From: an uncultured Desulfobacterales bacterium
GTDB taxonomy: Bacteria > Desulfobacterota > DSM-4660 > Desulfatiglandales > JALVZP01
DNA length: 64,000 nucleotides
Direction of reading: 5' to 3'
Assembly: GCA_964513995.1 (NCBI GenBank)
Contig: CAZEOQ010000004.1
Span: 23,719-87,718 of the forward strand
The notes under the pieces: generated by a model
The model's input: only the letters and a program-made list of their open reading frames with translations
The model's database searches: none
Told to the model about the DNA's origin: nothing
Shown: positions 25,782 through 34,057 of the stretch, piece after piece
Layout of the letters: every line of letters begins with the position of its first letter
How positions within the stretch are numbered: the first letter of the stretch is position 1
Position numbers and translations under genes: made by a program

Positions 25782-26373
25782 AAGGATCATCTCAGATAAC
25801 CTGAAAAAGGCATTCTCTTCTGCCTCATTAGAAGAGATTGGAAAAAGAATTGGAGCAAAGCTGCTTGAAGATTCTCTTTTTTTAAAGGCATTTGGAGAAC
25901 CGTGTATTATAAAAAGAGACAGTATACTCCTTTCAGGAAAAAAGGATACATCTGCTATGGCAGTGATAGTTTCAATATATACACTCAGTGCAAAAGATGA
26001 GGAGGTAAAACTTGAGCCTTTTGTATCATTCAGAGAACTTCCTGGAAGTATGCCGTATCAGGCTGGATTTAAGAAAAATACAGAGATTCCACTCGTCCCT
26101 TATGTAAGATACATATGGGAAAAAAGGGAAAAGATAATAGAAAGACTTGGAGACGAAAGATACAGGACATCTCAGGAAGGAGACTTCAGTCTTCTCCTTT
26201 TTCCTCTTCCAAAGATTGCCCTGAAGTATATATTTTACTTTGAAGACGAAGAATTTCCTGCTTCTGTAACATGTCTTTTTTCAAACAATGCCTTAAGTTT
26301 CCTTCCTGTTGATCCACTTGCAGACCTTTCAGAATACTGCTCAAAAAAGATCCTGGAGATAATAAATGAATGA
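25753..26373 (+). CDS. Hypothetical protein, possibly DUF3786-like
   Basis: 206 aa. The block FVSFRELPGSMPYQAGFKKNTEIPLV resembles the DUF3786 core as I remember it. No other motif is recognised. Confidence 0.4.
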   Translation: MRNGKMNSFERIISDNLKKAFSSASLEEIGKRIGAKLLEDSLFLKAFGEPCIIKRDSILLSGKKDTSAMAVIVSIYTLSAKDEEVKLEPFVSFRELPGSMPYQAGFKKNTEIPLVPYVRYIWEKREKIIERLGDERYRTSQEGDFSLLLFPLPKIALKYIFYFEDEEFPASVTCLFSNNALSFLPVDPLADLSEYCSKKILEIINE

Positions 26374-26590
26374 AGAAGTAAAAAGACTCCTTAAAGCAAT
26401 TGGTTTTTTAAGCACAGTAGGACTTGCAATGGTCCTATCTATTGTAATAGGTGTTTCTGTTGGGTATTATCTTGACAGATGGCTTAAAACAAAGCCCATC
26501 TTTTTTTACACATTCCTTGTTATAGGAATAGCAGCAGCATTCAGAAGTCTTTATGTATTTTACAAGAGAGGAAAAAAGATATTTGAATGA
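26366..26590 (+). CDS. AtpZ/AtpI-family small membrane protein (second copy)
   Basis: 74 aa with two transmembrane segments. LSTVGLAMVLSIVIGVSVGYYLDRWLKTKPIFFYTFLVIGIAAAF is paralogous to the 17454..17741 product. Confidence 0.6.
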   Translation: MNEEVKRLLKAIGFLSTVGLAMVLSIVIGVSVGYYLDRWLKTKPIFFYTFLVIGIAAAFRSLYVFYKRGKKIFE

Positions 26591-26964
26591 ACTGGGATGA
26601 GCTTTACAGAAACATCATAAATGTAAATCTCTTTCTTATCCTTATATTTGGGCTTTTTTTTAATATCCTGTTTGAGCCAAAATTTACATTTGGTTTCCTT
26701 TCAGGAGCAATCCTTGCCTTTGGAAATTTTCACATGCTTCAAAGAAGCATAAAAAAACTTTTCAAAAATGGGACATTTACAGGAAAAAAAGAAACTGTTC
26801 TTCTGAGGTTTTATTTTAGACTTGCAATTCTTGGAATAATTGTTTATATACTGCTCGGCAAAGATGTAAATCCTGTTGGAATAGTAACTGGGGTGTTTTG
26901 CACTGTTTCAGGAATTATGCTAACAGCTATATGTTGTGAGATGAAAAATAAAAAAAGGAGATAA
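26587..26964 (+). CDS. atpI: ATP synthase protein I-like small membrane protein (second copy)
   Basis: 125 aa with four hydrophobic segments. It has an ATGA overlap with the upstream gene and lies directly upstream of an atpB paralog. Confidence 0.5.
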   Translation: MNWDELYRNIINVNLFLILIFGLFFNILFEPKFTFGFLSGAILAFGNFHMLQRSIKKLFKNGTFTGKKETVLLRFYFRLAILGIIVYILLGKDVNPVGIVTGVFCTVSGIMLTAICCEMKNKKRR

Positions 26965-26967
26965 GAG

Positions 26968-27663
26968 ATGGAACATCATACTCTGTTATTTTTAGAAGAA
27001 CTTTTTAAAGCATTAGGTCTTGAGCACTTTGCTCACAGCTATTCTCATGTAATCCATACATGGTTTGTTATGCTTATACTTATCTGTGCATCAATTATAT
27101 TTGTAAGAGGGGTCCAGCTTATTCCAAAAAGGGGACAGGACTTTTTTGAATTTCTTATAGAAAGACTTGAGAACTTTATGGTAAGTATCTCAGGTCCTGA
27201 AGGAAGGTTCTTCTTCCCATTTATTGCCACTCTATTTATATTCATCTTTGCAGCAAATCTTCTTGGACTTATTCCAGGATTCACCTCTCCTACAGCAAAC
27301 ATAAATACTCCACTTTCTATGGCAATCTGCACATTCTTCTATACGCACATAATAGGAGTAAAGTTTCACGGAATAAAGTATATAAAACACTTCTTAGGAC
27401 CTATCTGGTGGCTTACACCACTTTATATGCCAATAGAGATCATAAGTCATTTTGCAAGGGTTCTTTCTCTTACTGTCCGACTCTTTGGTAACATATTTGG
27501 AAAAGAGCTTATCCTTTCAATCCTTTTTATGATTGCTGGTCTTTATCTTGCACCACTTCCAATACTTTTCTTAGGTCTTCTCGTAAGCTTTATTCAGGCT
27601 CTTATCTTTACTGTTCTTGCAATCCTTTATTTTGTCGGAGCAATGGAAGAGGCACATGAATAA
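26968..27663 (+). CDS. atpB: F-type ATP synthase a subunit (second copy)
   Basis: 231 aa. The stator-Arg helix is VLSLTVRLFGNIFGKE, the C-terminal helix is LLVSFIQALIFTVLAILYF, and PLSMAICTFFYTH is present. Confidence 0.9.
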   Translation: MEHHTLLFLEELFKALGLEHFAHSYSHVIHTWFVMLILICASIIFVRGVQLIPKRGQDFFEFLIERLENFMVSISGPEGRFFFPFIATLFIFIFAANLLGLIPGFTSPTANINTPLSMAICTFFYTHIIGVKFHGIKYIKHFLGPIWWLTPLYMPIEIISHFARVLSLTVRLFGNIFGKELILSILFMIAGLYLAPLPILFLGLLVSFIQALIFTVLAILYFVGAMEEAHE

Positions 27664-27703
27664 AAGGAAGAAGGCCATATAAAAAAAAGAGAGGAGGTGT
27701 ATT

Positions 27704-28084
27704 ATGAGAAAGGGGTTGCTTATAGCTTCTCTTCTGCTTCTTTCTGCTTCATTAGCAGAAGCAGCTCAGGCTGTGGGAAAGGAGGTTGTCTGTGCTGCAG
27801 GACTTAAGATCTTTTCAGCAATTGCAATAGGATGTGGATTTGGAATCGGGATTGCTGCATTTGGAACAGGACTTGGGATGGGACATGCAATAAATGCTGC
27901 GCTTCAGGGAACTGCAAGGAATCCTGAAGCAGGCGGAAGGATTATGACGACAATGATCATTGGTCTTGCTCTTATTGAGTCTCTTTGTATTTATGCGCTG
28001 GTTATATGCTTTATCCTTGTCTTTAAGATTCCTGATCTCTCAAAGCTTTTTGACCTTATCCTGAAATCACTTGGTGGAGCATAA
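27704..28084 (+). CDS. atpE: F-type ATP synthase c subunit with an N-terminal signal-peptide-like extension (second locus)
   Basis: 126 aa. MRKGLLIASLLLLSASLAEAAQA is followed by the hairpin GFGIGIAAFGTGLGMGHAINAALQGTARNPEAGGRIMTTMIIGLALIESLCIYALV. AGGAGG lies 8 nt upstream. Confidence 0.85.
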   Translation: MRKGLLIASLLLLSASLAEAAQAVGKEVVCAAGLKIFSAIAIGCGFGIGIAAFGTGLGMGHAINAALQGTARNPEAGGRIMTTMIIGLALIESLCIYALVICFILVFKIPDLSKLFDLILKSLGGA

Positions 28085-28089
28085 ATCAT

Positions 28090-28119
28090 TTAAGGGATGC
28101 CCTTTAGGGCATCCCTTAA
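28090..28119. terminator. GC-rich perfect palindrome (13-bp stem, 4-nt loop) between convergent atpE and uvrA-like genes; possible bidirectional terminator
   Basis: The sequence is TTAAGGGATGCCC-TTTA-GGGCATCCCTTAA. It starts 6 nt after the atpE stop and covers the last 9 codons and the stop of the uvrA-like gene. A short T-run lies upstream on the + strand, with an A-run downstream (the complements flank it on the - strand), but no canonical U-tract directly follows the stem on either strand. Confidence 0.4.
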
Positions 28120-30522
28120 AAACCTTCCTGTCCAAGAATCCGAATTGCATACATCTTCTGGTCTTCCTTCTGCCATAATCCTTCCACCAGCTTCTCCTCC
28201 TTCTGGACCAAGATCTATTATCCAGTCTGCATGCCATATTACATCCAGGTTATGCTCTATAATGACAACAGTATTTCCTGAATCAACAAGACGGTCTATT
28301 ATTCTTAAAAGCCTTTTTATGTCAGAGTTATGAAGACCTAAGGTTGGTTCATCTATAAGATAAATTGTTCCAGAGCTTCCTTTTCCCATAAGCTCTTTTG
28401 CAATCTTCAGTCTCTGTGCTTCTCCTGCAGAAAGCTTATCAGCAGTCTGTCCAAGCCTTATATATCCAAGACCTATCTCTTTAAGTATTTCCAGTCTTTC
28501 TCTTATTGCCTTTATGTTCCTGAAAAACTCAAATGCCTGATCAACTGTCATATCAAGGACATCTGCTATATTCATTCCCTTATATCTTATCTCAAGGATG
28601 TCTTTCCTGAACCTTTTTCCACCACACTGATCACACCTTATGTATACATCTGGCAAAAAATCCATCTCAACCTTTATAACCCCTGCTCCCTTACATAGCT
28701 CACACCTTCCTCCTTCAGTGTTCAGACTGAATCTTTTTTCAGTAAATCCACGCTCTTTTGACTTTGGAAGGGCTGAAAAAAGCTTTCTTATATGATCAAA
28801 TATCCCACAGTATGTTGCAGGATTTGAACGAGGATTCTTTCCTATTGGAGACTGATCCACATAGATCACCCTTTTTACAGAATCTTCCCCTTTAATGCTT
28901 CTGTATTTTCCCTCCTTCATCCTTCCGCCATGAAGTCTGTTATAAAGAGCAGGATACAGTATGTCTCTAAGGAGTGTGCTTTTTCCTGATCCAGAAGGAC
29001 CTGTTATGCATGTAAATACTCCTAAGGGAATCCTTACATCTATTCCTTTGAGATTGTGTTCAGATGCTCCTTCAATGACGAGAAACCTTTCAGTCTTTCT
29101 TCTTTCCTTTTTCTCTTTTTTAAGAAAGAGATGTCTTCCTGTAAGTGTATCTGAACTTAGAAGCTCCTTAGGAGTTCCTTTAAATACAATTTCTCCTCCA
29201 TCCTTTCCTGAAGAAGGACCAAGCTCTATAATGTAGTCTGACTGCATTATTATGCTTCTTTCGTGCTCTACTATGAGAACAGTATTTCCAAGTTCTTTTA
29301 GTTTTTTTATGCTTCTTATAAGCTTTTCACATTCTTTTGGATGAAGACCAACAGTTGGCTCGTCAAGTATGTAAAGGATTCCAGAAAGTGATAAATTTAG
29401 CTGAGAAGAAATCCTTAATCTCCTTTCTTCTCCAAGAGAAAGTGTTGGAAGAGGTCTGTCAATTGAAAGATAGCCTATGTCAAGATCAATCATGCTCTTG
29501 AGCCTTCTTTTTATTTCATAAACCACCCTTTCTGCTATCTTTTTTTCATTTTCAGAGAGTTTTAACTTTTCAAAAAATCCGTAAAGTTCTTCTGCAGACA
29601 TAGAACAAAGATCAGTTATTGACCTTCCATCTATCCTTATACACTCAGAAATCTTCTTTAATCTCTTTCCATTACACTCTGGACATACATCATCATTGTA
29701 AGTCCCAATTCCTTTACAGAGAGGACATGCACCTTCTGGATTGTTAAAAGAAAAAAGAGAAGGTCTTATTTCAGGAAGGCTGAATCCACAAAGAGGACAT
29801 ACTGGTTTTTTTGAAAAAAATATCTCTCCTTCTCCTATAACATCAACAATAATGCTTCCATCAGAAAGAGAAAGTGCAAGTTCAACAGAATCTGTAAGTC
29901 TTTTTCTTATACCTTCCTTCAGTATGAGCCTGTCTATGAGCACATCTATTCTTTTTTCAGCTGTCTTTATTTCCTCATCCAAGGATCGTATTTCTCCACC
30001 TATCCTTACCCTTACAAAACCATCCCTTCTTAGTCTTTCTATGGCAGAATTAGGATCTTCACACAAAAGAGGAGAAAAAAGCTGAATTTTTTTTCCGTAT
30101 CCAAGATCAAGGATCTTTTCAACTATCTTTTCCAAGGTAAGAAAACTTATCTGAAGATTGCATCTTGGACAGAATACCTTTCCTATCTTTGAAAAAAGAA
30201 GTCTGAGATAGTCATATATTTGTGTTATTGTTCCTACAGTAGATCTTGGATTCCTCTGTGATCCTCCCTGAATAAGGATGCATGGTGGAAGACCTTCTAT
30301 AAGATCTACATCAGCAGCTTCTATCTGTTCTATAAAATAAGGACTTTTAAAGTAAGAAACAGAATCCATGAATCTTCTATATGCCTCACGATATATTGTA
30401 TCAAACACAAGAGAAGACTTTCCTGATCCAGATGGACCTACAACTGTTATGATCTTTCCTTTTGGAATATCAACAGAGATGTTTTTTAGATTATTCTCCC
30501 TTGCTCCCCTTATCCTTATCAT
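28090..30522 (-). CDS. UvrA-family ABC ATPase, short form (810 aa)
   Basis: MIRIRGARENNLKNISVDIPKGKIITVVGPSGSGKSSLVFDTIY is the UvrA N-terminus. Zinc modules are CPRC...CPLCG...ACPLCKGIG...CPEC. The second ABC half begins near residue 481 (LVIEGASEHNLKGIDVRIPLGVFTCITGPSGSGKSTL), with a C-terminal zinc module CELCKGAG...CDQCGG. Signature sequences are LSLGE and LSAGE. Confidence 0.85.
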   Translation of the reverse strand: MIRIRGARENNLKNISVDIPKGKIITVVGPSGSGKSSLVFDTIYREAYRRFMDSVSYFKSPYFIEQIEAADVDLIEGLPPCILIQGGSQRNPRSTVGTITQIYDYLRLLFSKIGKVFCPRCNLQISFLTLEKIVEKILDLGYGKKIQLFSPLLCEDPNSAIERLRRDGFVRVRIGGEIRSLDEEIKTAEKRIDVLIDRLILKEGIRKRLTDSVELALSLSDGSIIVDVIGEGEIFFSKKPVCPLCGFSLPEIRPSLFSFNNPEGACPLCKGIGTYNDDVCPECNGKRLKKISECIRIDGRSITDLCSMSAEELYGFFEKLKLSENEKKIAERVVYEIKRRLKSMIDLDIGYLSIDRPLPTLSLGEERRLRISSQLNLSLSGILYILDEPTVGLHPKECEKLIRSIKKLKELGNTVLIVEHERSIIMQSDYIIELGPSSGKDGGEIVFKGTPKELLSSDTLTGRHLFLKKEKKERRKTERFLVIEGASEHNLKGIDVRIPLGVFTCITGPSGSGKSTLLRDILYPALYNRLHGGRMKEGKYRSIKGEDSVKRVIYVDQSPIGKNPRSNPATYCGIFDHIRKLFSALPKSKERGFTEKRFSLNTEGGRCELCKGAGVIKVEMDFLPDVYIRCDQCGGKRFRKDILEIRYKGMNIADVLDMTVDQAFEFFRNIKAIRERLEILKEIGLGYIRLGQTADKLSAGEAQRLKIAKELMGKGSSGTIYLIDEPTLGLHNSDIKRLLRIIDRLVDSGNTVVIIEHNLDVIWHADWIIDLGPEGGEAGGRIMAEGRPEDVCNSDSWTGRFLRDALKGIP

Positions 30523-31507
30523 ATCTTCTTTTTGAAATAAGGACAGCCATCCTTATAGCAGACTTAAGACTTTCTGGATCTGCTATTCCTTTTCCTGCAA
30601 TGTCATATGCTGTTCCATGATCCACTGATGTCCTTACAATAGGAAGACCAAGTGTTATGTTTACTGCATCTGAAAAATGAAGAAGCTTAAGAGGAATTAG
30701 TCCCTGATCATGATACATACTTACAACGACATCAAACTCACCTTTTGCTGCCCTGAAATACAGAGTATCAGGTGGAAGAGGCCCATATATTTTCATATTC
30801 AGCCTTTTTTCTGCTTTTTTTATTGCTTTTGATATAACGGCTTCCTCATCTCCAAAAAGCCCTCCTTCTCCTGCATGTGGATTAAGGGCTGCTACAGCAA
30901 TGCGAGGCTCTTTTATTCCAAAATCCTTTTTCATTGCCTCTGCTGTAATAATTATTGTCTTGTATACTGACTTTTCTGTAATAAGACGAGGGACATCTCT
31001 TAGAGCACAGTGAATTGTAACAAGACTTACTTTTAGTCTTTCTCCTGCAAGCATCATAACATAGTCTTTTGTTCCTGTAAGATGAGCTATAAAAGGAGTA
31101 TGTCCATCAAAGCTATATCCTGCCTGATGCATAAGCCTTTTGCTTATAGGACATGTTACAATAGCAGATATCCTTTTTTTTACGGCAAGTTCTACTGCTT
31201 TTTCTATATAAAGGACCATTGCCCTTGCATGTTCTAAACTGGGAGATGCAGGCTTCCAGTCAAGTGAAGAAAGGCTTATAAGGTCAATTGTTCCTTTTTT
31301 TGAAAGAGCTTCAGAAGGATCAGATATTTCGTTTATAAAAATCCTTTCTCCGAATTTTTCTATTACTGAAGAGATTATTCTCTTGTCTCCTATTACAACT
31401 GGTCTGCATATCTCATATATTCTCCTGTCAGACAAAGCCTTTACAGTTATCTCTGGTCCTATTCCAGATGGATCACCAATTGTTATACCTATATATGGCT
31501 TAAACAT
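30491..31507 (-). CDS. pdxA: 4-hydroxythreonine-4-phosphate dehydrogenase
   Basis: ITIGDPSGIGPEI, GHTPF, NPHAGEGG, MYHDQGLIPLK, RTSVDHGTA. Confidence 0.9.
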   Translation of the reverse strand: MFKPYIGITIGDPSGIGPEITVKALSDRRIYEICRPVVIGDKRIISSVIEKFGERIFINEISDPSEALSKKGTIDLISLSSLDWKPASPSLEHARAMVLYIEKAVELAVKKRISAIVTCPISKRLMHQAGYSFDGHTPFIAHLTGTKDYVMMLAGERLKVSLVTIHCALRDVPRLITEKSVYKTIIITAEAMKKDFGIKEPRIAVAALNPHAGEGGLFGDEEAVISKAIKKAEKRLNMKIYGPLPPDTLYFRAAKGEFDVVVSMYHDQGLIPLKLLHFSDAVNITLGLPIVRTSVDHGTAYDIAGKGIADPESLKSAIRMAVLISKRRYDKDKGSKGE

Positions 31508-31535
31508 AATTTGATTATATGATCCTCTTTTCTGA

Positions 31536-31563
31536 TTGACAATGTTTTCATTTTGGATATATT
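31536..31563 (+). promoter_or_regulatory. Sigma70-like promoter for tRNA-Arg(CCU)
   Basis: TTGACA (31536-31541), a 16-nt spacer, then TATATT (31558-31563). The mature tRNA 5' end lies 17 nt downstream of the -10 box. Confidence 0.4.
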
Positions 31564-31579
31564 TCTAAAATATAGAAGT

Positions 31580-31653
31580 GCCCCCGTAGCTCAGGTGGAT
31601 AGAGCACCAGATTCCTAATCTGGTGGTCGCGTGTTCGAATCACGCCGGGGGCA
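31580..31653 (+). tRNA. tRNA-Arg (anticodon CCU)
   Basis: A 74-nt cloverleaf. The acceptor stem is GCCCCCG/CGGGGGC, the D arm is GCTC-AGGTGGATA-GAGC, the anticodon arm is CCAGA-TTCCTAA-TCTGG, and the T arm is GCGTG-TTCGAAT-CACGC. The discriminator is A, and no CCA is encoded. Confidence 0.9.
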
Positions 31654-31698
31654 CTATCTTTTTTGTCTAAAAAAAAGCTCTTTCTGCTTAAGGAATGA

Positions 31699-31959
31699 AT
31701 GAAAGAAATGGCAAGGTTTCAAGAGCCTCTTATGCCTCTTTCAATAGCAAAGCCAGGAGAAAGGCTTATTATAAGAGACATTATTGGAGGAAGAGGAATT
31801 ACTGAAAGACTTTTGTCTATGGGAATAAGGATAGGTGATAAGATAGAGGTTATATCAAATATGGGATTTGGGAGGCTTATAATAGCAAAAGATCAGATAA
31901 GGATTGCTGTTGGAAGAGGTGTGGCAAATAAGATACTCGTTTCAAAGACAGAAGGTTAA
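31699..31959 (+). CDS. feoA: FeoA-domain protein
   Basis: PLSIAKPGERLIIRDIIGG.GITERLLSMGIRIGDKIEVISNMGFGRLIIAKDQIRIAVGRGVANKILV matches the FeoA SH3-like domain. The start could be the internal Met at 31732. No feoB is adjacent. Confidence 0.7.
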   Translation: MKEMARFQEPLMPLSIAKPGERLIIRDIIGGRGITERLLSMGIRIGDKIEVISNMGFGRLIIAKDQIRIAVGRGVANKILVSKTEG

Positions 31960-32621
31960 ACTATCTTTTGGAATATAGGAAGAAGAAAGTCCCTTATCTT
32001 TCTTATAAGTCTTTCAAAAGGGCTTTTGTATTCATACAATCTCCTTTCCCTTTCTGTAACAAGCTGAGGAGCAAATCTCAGCTTGTGTTTTATTATTGCA
32101 AGATTGTCGTCTTGAAGAAACCTCTTGTAGATGAGTCTCAATACTGGAAGATCAAATTCTTCTTTGTGTATAGCTGCCCCCCAGTCAATTATATATGGTC
32201 TTCCATCAGTTCCAAGTATGATGTTATTTGCTTTTTTTAAATCGCAGTGAACAACTCCCATCTTGTGGAATCTCCTTACAGTTGATTCAAGCTGATCAAA
32301 AAAGCTTTTTGGAAGAGGTGTTCCTTTTTTTATCTTTCCAAGTCTCACACCTTCTATTTTTTCAATAACAAGGGCAAGACCTTTAATGTTTCCATAAAAC
32401 TTTGGAATCCCTTTTATCCTGCTCAGCTTCCTGTAAGCCTTTTCTTCTCTCCATATAAGAAGCCTTCCTATTGTGTTTCTAAAAAAGAATCCATTTTTCC
32501 TGTAATCCTTTACGATAAATCTTTTTCCATTCAGACTTATCTGCCATATAATTGGTCTTGTATTTGTTGGTCTTCTTATAATCTCAGCTTCCATAACCTC
32601 CTGTATGCCCAAATCCTCCAT
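31956..32621 (-). CDS. Small protein-kinase-fold protein (Kdo/WaaP lipopolysaccharide kinase or RIO-like)
   Basis: 221 aa. FIVKDY provides the Lys, the catalytic loop is [14 protein letters not shown], and the metal-binding motif is IIDWGAA. Confidence 0.6.
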   Translation of the reverse strand: MEDLGIQEVMEAEIIRRPTNTRPIIWQISLNGKRFIVKDYRKNGFFFRNTIGRLLIWREEKAYRKLSRIKGIPKFYGNIKGLALVIEKIEGVRLGKIKKGTPLPKSFFDQLESTVRRFHKMGVVHCDLKKANNIILGTDGRPYIIDWGAAIHKEEFDLPVLRLIYKRFLQDDNLAIIKHKLRFAPQLVTERERRLYEYKSPFERLIRKIRDFLLPIFQKIV

Positions 32622-33048
32622 TTTTTCTTTTTGTTTCTGAAAGCTCTTCTTTCTGTGTTATTTTAGCATAAAATACTTTGCTTATTACGAGCTGTGCAAT
32701 CCTGTCTCCTCTTTTTATCCTGAATGGCTTTTCTCCAAGATTTATAAGAAGGACTTTTATCTCTCCTCTATAGTCTGAATCAATTGTTCCTGGAGAATTG
32801 AGGACCGTTATTCCATATTCTGCTGCAAGACCACTTCTTGGTCTTACCTGTGCTTCAAATCCCTTAGGTATCTCAACAGAAATCCCTGTAGGGATAAGGA
32901 TCCTTTCTCCAGGATTCAGAATCACTTCTGAATCAACAGCAGCATAAAGATCCATTCCAGATGATCCTTCTGTCATGTATGAAGGAAGAGGAAGGTCTTT
33001 TCCGTTTTCAAGTCTTTTTATTTTAACCTCCACAAACATATCTTCCAC
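32584..33048 (-). CDS. dut: dUTP diphosphatase
   Basis: [37 protein letters not shown] and GDRIAQLV are the five dUTPase motifs. Confidence 0.9.
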   Translation of the reverse strand: MEDMFVEVKIKRLENGKDLPLPSYMTEGSSGMDLYAAVDSEVILNPGERILIPTGISVEIPKGFEAQVRPRSGLAAEYGITVLNSPGTIDSDYRGEIKVLLINLGEKPFRIKRGDRIAQLVISKVFYAKITQKEELSETKRKNGGFGHTGGYGS

Positions 33049-34057
33049 TTAGCTGTCCGCATGCTGCCATTATATCCTTTCCTTTGCTTTTTCTTATGAT
33101 TGCTGTAAGGTTCCTTTCAAAAAGTATCTTCTGAAAAGCAAGAATCCTTTCTAAAGGAGGTGGAGAAAAATCTATCTGTGGACAGGGATTAAATGGAATA
33201 AGGTTTATCTTGCATTTTATTCCTTTTACAAGCTTACAAAGCCTTATAGCATCTTCATCACTGTCATTTACTCCATCTATGAGCACATATTCAAATGTGA
33301 TCCTCCTTCTGTTTGAGAAAGGAAAACTTCTGCATGCAGAGATAAGTTCTTCAATGGGATATCTTCTGTTTATTGGCATAAGAAAGGATCTTGTTTTGTT
33401 TTCTGTTGCATTAAGTGAAACAGCAAGGTTTACATTTGTATCTTCACCAAGCCTTTTTATCTTTGGAACAATCCCACATGTAGATACAGATACTCTTCTG
33501 TGTGAGAAGTTCATTCCATGATTGCTTATAAAGACCTCTATAGCCTTCAATACAGAATCGTAGTTTTCAAGAGGTTCACCCATTCCCATAAATACGATAT
33601 TTGTAAGTCTTGAAGGTTCAGACATCCTTCTTCTTACCTGTATTACCTGTTCAATTATCTCAGAAGCAGAAAGATTTCTTTTAAATCCCTGTTTTGCCGT
33701 AAAACAGAATCTGCATCCCATTGCACATCCTACCTGTGATGATACACAGACAGTAAAATATTCCTTTTCTGGAATGAGGACAGTTTCTATAAGATTTCCG
33801 TCTCTTAATCTAAACAAAAACTTTTCTGTTCCGTCTTCCTCTGATCTTACAGTCTGAACCAGCTGAAGAGGATTTAGATCTGCTTCTCTGTTTAGAAGCT
33901 CTCTCAGGCTTTTTGGAAGATCTGTCATCTGATCAAATGATGTGCTGAGCTTCTTAAAGATCCAGTGCCATATCTGTCTTGCTCTATATGGTTCGTATCC
34001 CTTTTCAGTAATCCATTCTTCAAGCTCTTTTAAGCTCAGGTTTTTTATGTCTATCAT
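33023..34057 (-). CDS. rlmN: 23S rRNA/tRNA adenine-C2 methyltransferase RlmN (radical SAM)
   Basis: [35 protein letters not shown] and the C-terminal MAACGQL Cys. Confidence 0.9.
   Translation of the reverse strand: MIDIKNLSLKELEEWITEKGYEPYRARQIWHWIFKKLSTSFDQMTDLPKSLRELLNREADLNPLQLVQTVRSEEDGTEKFLFRLRDGNLIETVLIPEKEYFTVCVSSQVGCAMGCRFCFTAKQGFKRNLSASEIIEQVIQVRRRMSEPSRLTNIVFMGMGEPLENYDSVLKAIEVFISNHGMNFSHRRVSVSTCGIVPKIKRLGEDTNVNLAVSLNATENKTRSFLMPINRRYPIEELISACRSFPFSNRRRITFEYVLIDGVNDSDEDAIRLCKLVKGIKCKINLIPFNPCPQIDFSPPPLERILAFQKILFERNLTAIIRKSKGKDIMAACGQLSGRYVCGG

Noticed and set aside
31570-31660. The two tRNA-Arg genes (the second at 54951..55024) were considered as possible genomic-island integration sites.
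   Set aside because: No integrase, direct repeat of the tRNA 3' end, or compositional shift is visible on either side. The flanking genes are housekeeping.
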